A stretch of DNA of 64,000 nt from Methanothrix sp. (GTDB taxonomy: Archaea; Halobacteriota; Methanosarcinia; Methanotrichales; Methanotrichaceae), in contig JAXGJB010000007.1 in the NCBI GenBank assembly GCA_040770465.1, positions 629 through 64,628 of the forward strand. Reading direction: 5' to 3'. Shown piece after piece: positions 17,638-26,135 of this stretch. The stretch's first letter is position 1; each line of letters opens with the position of its first letter. The translations under genes and the position numbers were made by a program. The notes under the pieces were generated by a model that was not told the DNA's origin, searched no databases, and saw only the letters and a program-made list of their open reading frames with translations.

Positions 17638-18189
17638 ATGAAACGTGCGATCGCCCTTTTGCTCGTTCTGATCACCGTCGTAGCCGTCCTGGCGACGGCC
17701 GGCTCAGCCTCGCCGACGTTCCAGGACGGGTTTGTCACCGGATTTCTCAACGTCAGCGGGGAAGGGGAGACCGAGATCGTGAACACGAATATGGATCGGG
17801 TGAAGGGGTTCACGAATACCGAGGTTCTCTACGGCAAGGGCATAATAGACTATTTCGCGACCGGTCGACTAAACCAGTCGGAAGGGGTTTCTCAGATAGA
17901 CCGGAAGATTGAGTTTCCCAAGGGGCTTCTTGTAAACGTCCAGCATTTCGACTCTTCCCGGATCTTCAACGGGACGGGCCTGGACATATCCAACGTCAAC
18001 GTCGTCTCGTCTTACTCCGGCATCGACCGCATGGTCATCGCCCCCAACTGCACCACCTTCGACGTCAAGAGCGAGTTCAACGGGATGTGGGACCTGGAGG
18101 CTTTCAGGTCGGATTTATATCGGAAGATCGATACCAAGACGATGCTGGACGGAAAGTTCGAGGTTGACAAGCAGCTGGTCTTCAACTGA
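17638..18189 (+). CDS. Hypothetical secreted protein
   Basis: 183 aa with signal-peptide-like MKRAIALLLVLITVVAVLATAGSASP. TTTAAATA box at 17599-17606, about 30 nt upstream. No recognisable domain. Confidence 0.5.
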   Translation: MKRAIALLLVLITVVAVLATAGSASPTFQDGFVTGFLNVSGEGETEIVNTNMDRVKGFTNTEVLYGKGIIDYFATGRLNQSEGVSQIDRKIEFPKGLLVNVQHFDSSRIFNGTGLDISNVNVVSSYSGIDRMVIAPNCTTFDVKSEFNGMWDLEAFRSDLYRKIDTKTMLDGKFEVDKQLVFN

Positions 18190-18283
18190 CCTCGACGTCG
18201 GGCCTGAGGAAGCTTCAAGGTCGCTTTTGCCCTCGCCCGGATGAGTTTTGAAGTTATGCTATCGGATGAAAGGGAGAATAATC

Positions 18284-18979
18284 ATGGGATTGCTTAACCG
18301 CATGAGTACCGTTGTCAAGGCAAAGATGAACACCGTGATGGATAGGGTGGAAGATCCCAACGAGACCCTCGACTACTCTTACCAGAAGCAGCTGGAGCTT
18401 CTTCAGAACGTGAAACGAGGCGTTGCTGAGGTGACCACCTCCAAGAAGAGGCTGGAGCTTCAGAAGGCGAAGCTTGCCCAGAAGATGGATCAGCTCGACG
18501 TTCAGGCAAGAGAGGCGATAAAGTCCGACCGGGAGGACCTAGCCCGCCAGGCCCTCGAGCGGAAGGCCGCCCTGGCCGCCGAGGCTCAGAGCCTGGACCA
18601 GCAGATTGCAGACCTGGAAGGGGAACAGGCGAAGCTGGAGGCGACCGAGAGGAGGCTCTCCGCCAAGGTCGAGTCGTTCAGGGTGAAGAAGGAGACGATC
18701 AAGGCTCAGTACTCTGCCGCCGAGGCCCAGGTGAAGGTGACCGAGTCGTTGACCGGGATCAGCGAGGAGATGGCCGACGTCGGCCTTGCGGTCCAGAGGT
18801 CCGAGGACAAGATCGAGACGATGAAGGCGAGATCTCTGGCCCTCGACGAGCTGGTGGAGAAGGGGACCCTGGAGGAGTTCTCAGGCACCGACGACGTAGA
18901 GAAGGAGCTTGCCAAGATCCGGGCCAAGAGCGACGTTGAGGAGGACCTCGCTCGATTGAAGGAGGAGGAAGGGAGATGA
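18284..18979 (+). CDS. pspA: PspA/IM30 (phage shock protein A / Vipp1 family) membrane-remodelling protein
   Basis: MGLLNRMSTVVKAKMNTVMDRVEDPNETLDYSYQKQLELLQNVKRG followed by long coiled coil is canonical PspA. The ATG at 18284 is preferred over the TTG-type start at 18248. Confidence 0.85.
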   Translation: MGLLNRMSTVVKAKMNTVMDRVEDPNETLDYSYQKQLELLQNVKRGVAEVTTSKKRLELQKAKLAQKMDQLDVQAREAIKSDREDLARQALERKAALAAEAQSLDQQIADLEGEQAKLEATERRLSAKVESFRVKKETIKAQYSAAEAQVKVTESLTGISEEMADVGLAVQRSEDKIETMKARSLALDELVEKGTLEEFSGTDDVEKELAKIRAKSDVEEDLARLKEEEGR

Positions 18980-19254
18980 TAATCAGGATCATGGGCGAGG
19001 GGCAGTACAGGGTCTCAAGCTCCATCCTCGACGATCTGAACGTCATCGACAACAGGATCGTAGACCAGGTCACAAAAAACGACGAGGCGGGGTTCAAAGA
19101 AGAGCTGTCGAAGCTCATCTCAACGATCAAGGCAGAAGGCGAGCCCCTGGACCCGGCGGAGATCGTCGAGTCGGACATCATCGTGCCTCCGGGAGATCTG
19201 ACCCTCGATGAGGCGAAGAGGGTCTTCAGCGGATGCGGCCTGATCGAGGATTAG
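18976..19254 (+). CDS. Small PspA-associated protein (PspAA-like)
   Basis: 92 aa with ATGA overlap to pspA. MIIRIMGEGQYRVSSSILDDLNVIDNRIV resembles the small partner found after archaeal/actinobacterial pspA. The family name is from memory. Confidence 0.55.
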   Translation: MIIRIMGEGQYRVSSSILDDLNVIDNRIVDQVTKNDEAGFKEELSKLISTIKAEGEPLDPAEIVESDIIVPPGDLTLDEAKRVFSGCGLIED

Positions 19255-19259
19255 GATTT

Positions 19260-19341
19260 GGATAGGATTAAAATCAATCGATTGATCTGATTGAGGATTC
19301 GGATAGGATTAGAGTCAACCGATTGATCTGATTGAGGATTC
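19260..19341. repeat. 41-bp direct repeat x2, each containing a palindrome, between convergent genes
   Basis: ggataggattaaaatcaatcgattgatctgattgaggattc at 19260-19300 is followed by ggataggattagagtcaaccgattgatctgattgaggattc at 19301-19341. The first copy holds the perfect palindrome ATCAATCGATTGAT. Confidence 0.9.
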
Positions 19342-19381
19342 GATTCGGGATCGATTGGTCGGATTCGTCAAAATGTGAATG

Positions 19382-19954
19382 TCAGAGTGGTATCCCCCAG
19401 AGGGGGTACCACTTCTCCACGTCCTTCTCGATTGATAGCTCCGGCTCCATCACCGATCTGAGCTTGAACTCCAGAGAATTGTCTCTGTTATGCCCCTCGG
19501 CTGGAGCGAAGGGGTAGTAGGCGCCGCCCTTGAAGCTGTAGATCCAGTAGACGCGGCTTTCCTTTCCCCGGAACCGGTATATTGCGCAGAGGAGCTGCTC
19601 TCCAAAGCCGTGTTCGGCCATAGTCGTGCTCACCAGATGGACGTTTGCCACAAGGTCGTCGAAGTCGGGGTCTTCCAGGACCACCCAGAGGTAGCGGTAC
19701 TCGTCCTTCTCGACCCTGTACCTCGTCCCCGTCTCCCGGGCGCTGTACTTGAGGAGCTCCTCGATCTCGGAGCGGGCGGCCTCGTACTTTGAGGACTCGA
19801 TGGGCTTGAAGCAGATCCCGGCCGCGCCGTCGGGCGAGAGGCCGAGGTTCGCCTCCATGGTGATGCTGGCGGTGGATATGGCGAAGAGCCGGTCGAGCTT
19901 GGCCGTCGGAAGCTCGCTTTTTCCCAGGATCGAGTCAAGGATCTTAAGCTTCAT
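19382..19954 (-). CDS. Conserved hypothetical protein co-transcribed with htpX (possibly PspAB-like)
   Basis: 190 aa, 26 nt downstream of htpX on the same strand and convergent with pspA-pspAA. No catalytic motif recognised. Confidence 0.5.
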   Translation of the reverse strand: MKLKILDSILGKSELPTAKLDRLFAISTASITMEANLGLSPDGAAGICFKPIESSKYEAARSEIEELLKYSARETGTRYRVEKDEYRYLWVVLEDPDFDDLVANVHLVSTTMAEHGFGEQLLCAIYRFRGKESRVYWIYSFKGGAYYPFAPAEGHNRDNSLEFKLRSVMEPELSIEKDVEKWYPLWGIPL

Positions 19955-19980
19955 TTAAGCCTCAATTCTAAATCTCAAAC

Positions 19981-20865
19981 TCACGCCTTCTCCAGCTCCA
20001 GTTCGATCCTCTGGAGGGCTGCAATCCTCTTCTCCGTCGGTGGGTGAGTTGAGAGGAGGTTCATTATCGGCGAGCCCGAGATCGCCGGGATGATGAAGAA
20101 GGCGTTCATCCCCTCGGCCCTCCGCAGATCCTCCTTTGGTATCCTTGGCATCACCCCGCTGATCTTCATCAATGCCGACGCCAAATTCGATGGCTGGCCC
20201 GTGATCACCGCCGATCCCCTATCGGCAGCATACTCCCGGTACCGGGAGAGAGCCCTGATCAACAGGCTGCTGGCGATCCATACGACGACCGAGGCGAAGA
20301 AGGCGACCCATACGCTCCCCTTCTGCCTGTCGGATCCCCCGCCGCCGAAGTAAAGGGAGTATCGGACAATGTAGAAGGCGACCGTAGAAAGGAAGCTCGC
20401 GATCGTCATCACCATCACGTCCCTGTTCTTGACGTGGGTCAGCTCGTGGGCGAGGACCGCCTCCAGTTCCCCCTGGTTGAGCTGATGCCTGATACCCGTC
20501 GTCACCGCCACAACGGCGTTTCCGGGGTTTCTGCCGGTGGCGAAGGCGTTGGGCATCGGCGTGTTAACCACGGCTATCTTCGGCTTTGGAAGGTCGGCCA
20601 TGGCGCAGAGCCTGGAGATCATCTGGTGGAGCTCCGGCTCCTCGCTCTCGGAGACGATCTTGGCCCTCATGCTCATGAGGACGAGCCTGTCGGAGAAGAA
20701 GTACTGGATGAGCATGAATATGCTGATGAAGGCGATCATCGCCGTCGGTCCCGCGCCCTGGCTTGCGAGTATCGCCAGAAATGCCAGGTAGACCAGGGCC
20801 AAGAGGAACATGGTGAAGAGCATCCTCGCCTCCAACCCCCTATCGTGCTGCCATCTTCTTTTCAT
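19981..20865 (-). CDS. htpX: Zn-dependent membrane protease HtpX (peptidase M48)
   Basis: 294 aa with HELTHV zinc motif, multiple TM segments and a C-terminal LSTHPPTEKRIAAL motif. Confidence 0.9.
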   Translation of the reverse strand: MKRRWQHDRGLEARMLFTMFLLALVYLAFLAILASQGAGPTAMIAFISIFMLIQYFFSDRLVLMSMRAKIVSESEEPELHQMISRLCAMADLPKPKIAVVNTPMPNAFATGRNPGNAVVAVTTGIRHQLNQGELEAVLAHELTHVKNRDVMVMTIASFLSTVAFYIVRYSLYFGGGGSDRQKGSVWVAFFASVVVWIASSLLIRALSRYREYAADRGSAVITGQPSNLASALMKISGVMPRIPKEDLRRAEGMNAFFIIPAISGSPIMNLLSTHPPTEKRIAALQRIELELEKA

Positions 20866-21043
20866 GATCTATTGACACCTTGAGAGAAGCTTGATTTTGG
20901 GTTATATTGCTCTTCTGGGATTTAAGGGGTTTGTTGGGGCCTCGCCCGGGCGCTTGGGCCGGCCGCTCGGGAGAGAAGGATCGCCTTCTTTACTCTGATC
21001 AGAGCAGAAATCGGCTTCATGAGCCTCTGCGAAGAATCCCGCT

Positions 21044-21748
21044 TCACCCGCCGAGATATAGCCCCCGGACGTCGGCGTCCTCTAAGAGCGTCCTTCCGGG
21101 CCCTTCGTAGCGGTTCCGCCCCATCTCCAGGACGTATCCCCGGTCGCTTATGGCCAGCGCCTTCTTGGCGTTCTGCTCCACCATCATGATGGCGGTCCCC
21201 ATCTCGTTGATCTCAACGACCTTCCCGAATACCTGATCCATCAGCTTCGGGGAGAGGGCGCTGGAGGGCTCGTCCAAAAGGAGGAGGGCGGGCTCGGCGA
21301 TGAGGGCCCGGCCGATGGCCACCATCTTCTGCTCGCCGCCGCTCATCGTCCCCACCTTCTGGTCCATCCTGACCTCGATCTCCGGAAAGATCCGCAGGAC
21401 CTCGTCCAGGTTCTTGTCCAGGAGATCCCCGTTCGTGAAAGCCCCCATCTCGAAGTTCTCCCGGGCGGTGAGGCTCGGGAATATGTTCCTCTCCTGGGGG
21501 ACGTAGCCGATGCCCTTTCGGACGATCAGGTCGGGCCTCATCCCCGAGATCTCCTCGCCCCGAAAGACGACCCTCCCGCCCCGAAGCTTTGTGAGGCCGA
21601 AGACCGTCTTCATCAGGGTGCTCTTCCCCGCGCCGTTGGGGCCGATGACGGTCACAATCTCCCCCTCATCTATCCTCATAGAGACATTCTCCAGGATGTT
21701 GACGTCGGTGTACCCTGCAGATACGCTCTCAACCTCGAGAATATCCAT
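21044..21748 (-). CDS. livF: Branched-chain amino acid ABC transporter ATP-binding protein LivF
   Basis: 234 aa with Walker A GPNGAGKST, signature MSGGEQKM and Walker B LLLLDEPS. LivF-type N-terminus. Confidence 0.85.
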   Translation of the reverse strand: MDILEVESVSAGYTDVNILENVSMRIDEGEIVTVIGPNGAGKSTLMKTVFGLTKLRGGRVVFRGEEISGMRPDLIVRKGIGYVPQERNIFPSLTARENFEMGAFTNGDLLDKNLDEVLRIFPEIEVRMDQKVGTMSGGEQKMVAIGRALIAEPALLLLDEPSSALSPKLMDQVFGKVVEINEMGTAIMMVEQNAKKALAISDRGYVLEMGRNRYEGPGRTLLEDADVRGLYLGG

Positions 21749-21805
21749 CCCCCCTGCGGGCCGAACTTGCTCGGGCTGAAACCGAAGATGAGGATGAGAT
21801 TAAAA

Positions 21806-21889
21806 ATGATATTGAGGATGATATTGAGGATGATATTGAGGATGATATTGAGGATGATATTGAGGATGATATTGAGGATGATATTGAGG
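21806..21889. repeat. Perfect 12-bp tandem repeat x7 (atgatattgagg) in the livG-livF spacer
   Basis: Seven identical units from 21806 to 21889, flanked by degenerate copies (21790-21805, 21890-21901). Lies inside the 185-nt gap between the livG stop (21934) and the livF start (21748). Confidence 0.97.
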
Positions 21890-21933
21890 ATGAGAGTAAG
21901 GATGAAATTGAGACCTCTTCAATGAGCATCGAT

Positions 21934-22710
21934 TTATTGGGCATCGATCCCGCCTCCCAGATAAGCCTCCAATACCCGCTCGTCGGCCGTGACCTCCTCT
22001 GGGGTGCCAAAGGTCATGATCTCCCCCTTGTTCATGACGTAGACGGTGTCGCAGAGCTCCTTGACGTAGGGGATCCCGTGCTCGATGACCAGGAAGGTGA
22101 CCCCTCCATCCCGGAGCTCTTTGATGTGGCCGAGGAGCTTCTTCGAGAGGGTGGGGTTGACCCCGGCGAAGGGCTCGTCGAGGAGGAGCATCTTCGGATC
22201 GGCCATCAGAGTCCTCGCCATGGCGAGAAGCTTCTTCTGGCCGCCTGAGAGGGCGCCGGCGTACTCGTCGGCCATCGTCCCCAGGCTGAAGAACTCCAGG
22301 AGATCGAGCGCCCGATCCCTCGTCTTCTCCTCCTCGGTCCGGACAGCCCCCCGGCGAAAAAAGACGTTCCATATCTTCTCACCCCTCTGGTTCTGAGAGG
22401 CGAGCATCATGTTATCGAGGACGGTCATCTTGTTCAGAGCTCTTGGGATCTGAAAGGTCCTGACAAGCCCCTTCCTCGCGATCCTGAAGCTTGGAACGCC
22501 AGCGATGCTCTTTCCCTGAAAGTGGACGTTTCCCGAATCGGGGACGAGGTCCCCTGTGATCATCTCAAATAGGGTGCTCTTGCCCGCCCCGTTGGGGCCG
22601 ATGAGCCCCGATATCTCCCCCACTCCAACCGCAAGGCTGCAGTCGGCTACGGCCGTCATCCCGCCGAAGCTCTTGCTCACCCTTCCGACCTTCAGGATCT
22701 CAGCTCTCAA
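21934..22710 (-). CDS. livG: Branched-chain amino acid ABC transporter ATP-binding protein LivG
   Basis: 258 aa with Walker A GPNGAGKST, signature LSGGQKKLL and Walker B MLLLDEPFAG. LivG-type C-terminal extension. Confidence 0.85.
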   Translation of the reverse strand: MRAEILKVGRVSKSFGGMTAVADCSLAVGVGEISGLIGPNGAGKSTLFEMITGDLVPDSGNVHFQGKSIAGVPSFRIARKGLVRTFQIPRALNKMTVLDNMMLASQNQRGEKIWNVFFRRGAVRTEEEKTRDRALDLLEFFSLGTMADEYAGALSGGQKKLLAMARTLMADPKMLLLDEPFAGVNPTLSKKLLGHIKELRDGGVTFLVIEHGIPYVKELCDTVYVMNKGEIMTFGTPEEVTADERVLEAYLGGGIDAQ

Positions 22711-23596
22711 GGCTCAACTCCTCTTTTCTCCCCAGAATTCCCTGGGGTCGGCGGATCATCAGAAGAATCAGGGCGAGGCCGATGACCACCACCCTGAGGG
22801 CGCCCACCTGGGTCGGCTCCAGGGGGAGGTACCCCTGGATGAACCTCGTCCCGCTGAAGAAGAGCTGGAAGAGGATCGCTCCGAGAAGGACGCCCCTGTT
22901 GCTTCCGCTCCCCCCCACCATGATTATGATCCAGGCGTAGAAGGTCTCGATCGGCATGAAGGTGGTGGGGTTTATGAACTGCATGTAGAAGGCGAGGATC
23001 GATCCCGCGGCCGCCGCCATCATCGATCCCAGGACGAGGGACTGGACTTTGTAGCTGAAGACGTTCTTTCCCAGGGACGCCGAGACTCCTTCGTCATCCC
23101 TGATCGATTTCAGGGCCCGGCCCCAGGGCGACCCGATGAGATGCTCCTGGAAAAGATAGAGGCCAAAGACAACGATCAGCACCACCACCATCAGGAATAG
23201 CTCGTAATCCCTGGCTCCGATGAGGTCATCGAAGGGCCGAGGAAACCCGCCGATGCCTATGGACCCGTTGGTGAGCCACGCTTCATTGTGGAGGATGAAC
23301 CTCACGATCTCCGAGAAGCCGATGGTGGTGATGGCGAGGTAGTCCTCCCGGAGCCTGAGGGTAGGAACCCCCAGAAGGGCGCCCATGACTCCGGCGAGGA
23401 AGATTCCCGCCAGGACCGAGATGAAGAGAGGAACGCCGCTTGTGCAGAGGAGGACCGTGGTGTAGGCCCCGATGGCCATGAACCCCACATGGCCGAAGTT
23501 TAAAAGGCCCGTATACCCCCATTCCAGCTGGAGGCCGAAGGAGAAGATGGCGTATATCCCCGCCATCAGGATTATGGTGACCAGGTAGTCGATCAT
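22700..23596 (-). CDS. livM: Branched-chain amino acid ABC transporter permease LivM
   Basis: 298-aa polytopic membrane protein with GLLNFGHVGFMAIGAY motif. Overlaps livG by 11 nt. Confidence 0.85.
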   Translation of the reverse strand: MIDYLVTIILMAGIYAIFSFGLQLEWGYTGLLNFGHVGFMAIGAYTTVLLCTSGVPLFISVLAGIFLAGVMGALLGVPTLRLREDYLAITTIGFSEIVRFILHNEAWLTNGSIGIGGFPRPFDDLIGARDYELFLMVVVLIVVFGLYLFQEHLIGSPWGRALKSIRDDEGVSASLGKNVFSYKVQSLVLGSMMAAAAGSILAFYMQFINPTTFMPIETFYAWIIIMVGGSGSNRGVLLGAILFQLFFSGTRFIQGYLPLEPTQVGALRVVVIGLALILLMIRRPQGILGRKEELSLES

Positions 23597-24457
23597 TCAT
23601 CGCCCTCCCATGATCCCCTGGGGCCGGCGGAGGAGGACGGCGATCATGATGAAGAAGCTGACCGCGATCTTGTACTCCGAGGGCAAAACCAAAGTCGAGA
23701 GCTCCTGGGAGAGGCCGATCACCATCCCCCCCAGCATGGCGCCGTAGGGGTTTCCTATCCCCCCCAGGATGGCGGCGGAGAAGATGGGGATCACCATGAA
23801 CCATCCCATGGTCGGGTTGATGTTCGTTATGAGGCCGTAGAGGACCCCAGCGGCGGCGGCTAGGGCCATCCCTATCGCCCAGGTGAGCCTTATCACCCTG
23901 TCCACGTCTATCCCCGAGACCCGGGCGAGGTCGGCGTTGTCGGAGAGGGCCCTCATCGCCTTCCCCATGGTGGTCTTTGTTAGAAGTCGGTGGATCGCGA
24001 GCATCAGAACCAGGGCTACGGCCACCACCGCCAGCTGGTAGCCGGTGACGACGACGCCTCCGATGCTGATACCCTCCTTCAGGGGCATGGGGTACCTCTT
24101 GATGTTGGGGCCGAAGCTGAAGACGAGAAGGTTTCGAAGGGAGATGGCAAGGCCTATGGAGAGGATCATGAGGGCCGTCCTGTTGGCCCCCTTCGAGCGC
24201 ATCCGCCTCCATATGACGACGTCAAGGAGTACGGAGAATAGGGAGGTTGCGGCTATGGCGAGGATGAAGGCCAGGAGAAAGTTGACGCCCCAGAGGGCGG
24301 AGAATAGAAACGCGGCGTAGGCTCCAAAGGTGACGAAGTCACCGTGGGCGAGGTTTGCGAAGTTGAGGATTCGATAGGTCATGGAGAGGCCGATCGCCGA
24401 TAGGGCGATTATGCAGCCCAGGACCACGCCGTTGACCACCAGCTGTTCTGCCGACAT
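23597..24457 (-). CDS. livH: Branched-chain amino acid ABC transporter permease LivH
   Basis: 286 aa with ILNFANLAHGDFVTFGAY motif. Abuts livM with no gap. Confidence 0.85.
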   Translation of the reverse strand: MSAEQLVVNGVVLGCIIALSAIGLSMTYRILNFANLAHGDFVTFGAYAAFLFSALWGVNFLLAFILAIAATSLFSVLLDVVIWRRMRSKGANRTALMILSIGLAISLRNLLVFSFGPNIKRYPMPLKEGISIGGVVVTGYQLAVVAVALVLMLAIHRLLTKTTMGKAMRALSDNADLARVSGIDVDRVIRLTWAIGMALAAAAGVLYGLITNINPTMGWFMVIPIFSAAILGGIGNPYGAMLGGMVIGLSQELSTLVLPSEYKIAVSFFIMIAVLLRRPQGIMGGR

Positions 24458-24676
24458 TTCAAATCTCCGGGTGATTAATCCTCAGGGCGGCCGGGCCCTC
24501 CATCATTCAGACCAACCTTCGCCCTCATCCCTTACTTTCCATAACATAAACATTTCGTCGATATCGATTTCTATAATAGATTGATGATGTGAGTTGCCAA
24601 AATCGATATATACCGAAAAAGCTTCAGATGCCGATATAGGAGTTCCCAGTTTGAAGATATTTCGGAGGAATCTCTG

Positions 24677-25921
24677 GTGAGAAGACACCAATACGCAATA
24701 GGAATAATATTGATCATTGCGGTGGCATTTTCGGGATGTGTTGACGAAAAAGGCCAAGAGGGGACCAAGACCGTCAAGATAGCAGCTCTTCAATCCCTCA
24801 CCGGCGATCTGGGCACATACGGCAGCCCCATGACCGATGCCATGAATCTCGCGGTGAAAGAGGCGAACGAGAACGGTGGCGTCCTCGGGGCCGAGATCGA
24901 TCTTCTGGTGGAAGACGACCAGACCTCTGAGATCCCTGCGGTGGATGCCGCCAACAAGCTAGTCAAGGTGGACAGGGTTCCGGCGATCATAGGTGGGACG
25001 GGAAGCGGTCCAAGCTCTGCGATCATCAGCATAACCACCGGAAGCGGGGTCCTTCAGATATCCTCCTCCAACACCGGGGTCGAGTTCACCAACTACCCCG
25101 ACAACGACTTCTACTTCAGAACCTGCCCATCGGACGCCCTCCAGGGGAAGGCGATGGCGAAAATGGCTCTTGACAACGGTTACAGGACAGCTTCGACCCT
25201 GGTTCTGAACAACCCCTACGGAACAGGCTTTGAGGAGGTCTTCGTGGGAGCCTTCGAGGACGGGGGTGGCGAGGTGATCGAGTCGGTGAGGTACGACCCG
25301 GCCCAGACGATCTTCGATTCCGAGGTCAGCCGGGTGACCGAGGACGATCCGGACGTGGTCATGCTCGTCGCCTACCCGCAGACGGGGAGCATCATCCTCA
25401 GGACGGCCTACGAGAAGGGCGCGTTTGGGGACGAGGTCGCCTGGCTCCTCTCGGAGGGGCTCACCGATGAGAACCTGGCGGAGATGACCGGAAAGGACGA
25501 AGCTGGTCGGTACATCGTGGCGGGATTGACGGGAACAAGGCCCGACCCGACGGTGGCAGGACCAGCCGATGAGGACTTCAACCGCAAATACGCCGAGGAG
25601 TATGGTATGGAGCCTTCGATCTACTGCTCCAACAGCTACGACGCCGCAGCCCTGGTGATCCTGGCGATGGAGCAGGGCGGCGAGGTTTCGGGAACTGCCA
25701 TCAGGGACAACATAAGGTCGGTCGCAAATCCGCCCGGAACGGAGGTTACGGATATCGGCGAAGCCCTCGATCTGATCCGCGAGGGCGAGGAGATCAACTA
25801 TCAGGGCGCCTCCGGCGAACTCACCTTCGACGATAAGGGGGACGTATGCGGCAGGTACGCCACCTGGTCCATCGCCGAGGACGGCAGCATCCAGGCTGGC
25901 GAGCCGATAGAGACGGAGTGA
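24677..25921 (+). CDS. livK: ABC transporter substrate-binding lipoprotein, Leu/Ile/Val-binding (LivK-like) family
   Basis: 414 aa, GTG start, lipobox AFSGC. Type-I periplasmic binding fold motifs (IAALQSLTGDLGTYG, PAIIGGTGSG). Divergent from livHMGF. Confidence 0.85.
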   Translation: MRRHQYAIGIILIIAVAFSGCVDEKGQEGTKTVKIAALQSLTGDLGTYGSPMTDAMNLAVKEANENGGVLGAEIDLLVEDDQTSEIPAVDAANKLVKVDRVPAIIGGTGSGPSSAIISITTGSGVLQISSSNTGVEFTNYPDNDFYFRTCPSDALQGKAMAKMALDNGYRTASTLVLNNPYGTGFEEVFVGAFEDGGGEVIESVRYDPAQTIFDSEVSRVTEDDPDVVMLVAYPQTGSIILRTAYEKGAFGDEVAWLLSEGLTDENLAEMTGKDEAGRYIVAGLTGTRPDPTVAGPADEDFNRKYAEEYGMEPSIYCSNSYDAAALVILAMEQGGEVSGTAIRDNIRSVANPPGTEVTDIGEALDLIREGEEINYQGASGELTFDDKGDVCGRYATWSIAEDGSIQAGEPIETE

Positions 25922-25934
25922 GCAACTGCTCGCT

Positions 25935-25958
25935 CCTTTTCCTCTTTTTTTTCTTTGC
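25935..25958 (+). terminator. T-tract terminator after livK
   Basis: ccttttcctcttttttttcttt with a T8 run at 25945-25952, 15-35 nt after the stop. Confidence 0.45.
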
Positions 25959-26135
25959 TCGCATTATTAACATCTGCAACTTCGATTCCTTCGATAGGTT
26001 CACCGAATTGCCTATGTTCCTCAAGGCGATACAACTTGAGGTCTGCCCAATTGATTCTCAGGTTCAGAGACTACCGAACCGACAAAGCCTAAATAGGACA
26101 TTATCAATGCCTTTCCCCGTTGTTGGAGGACTAGG

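Noticed and set aside
21806-21889. Possible CRISPR array
   Set aside because: The units are 12 bp, strictly contiguous with no spacers, and there are no cas genes. It is a minisatellite, not a CRISPR. The same holds for the 13-bp array at 50229-50293.
21729-22372. ORFs translating the 12-bp repeat as SSSI or HPQY peptide repeats (21729-22010 and 21800-22372, minus strand)
   Set aside because: Both overlap the 3' part of livG in other frames and only look repetitive because the unit length is divisible by 3. There is no start context or plausible protein outside the repeat.
23283-24212. 309-aa minus-strand ORF overlapping livM/livH
   Set aside because: It is in an alternative frame of two well-supported permease genes. 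Its composition is extreme in Arg, Pro, Gly and His, typical of shadow ORFs in high-G+C DNA.
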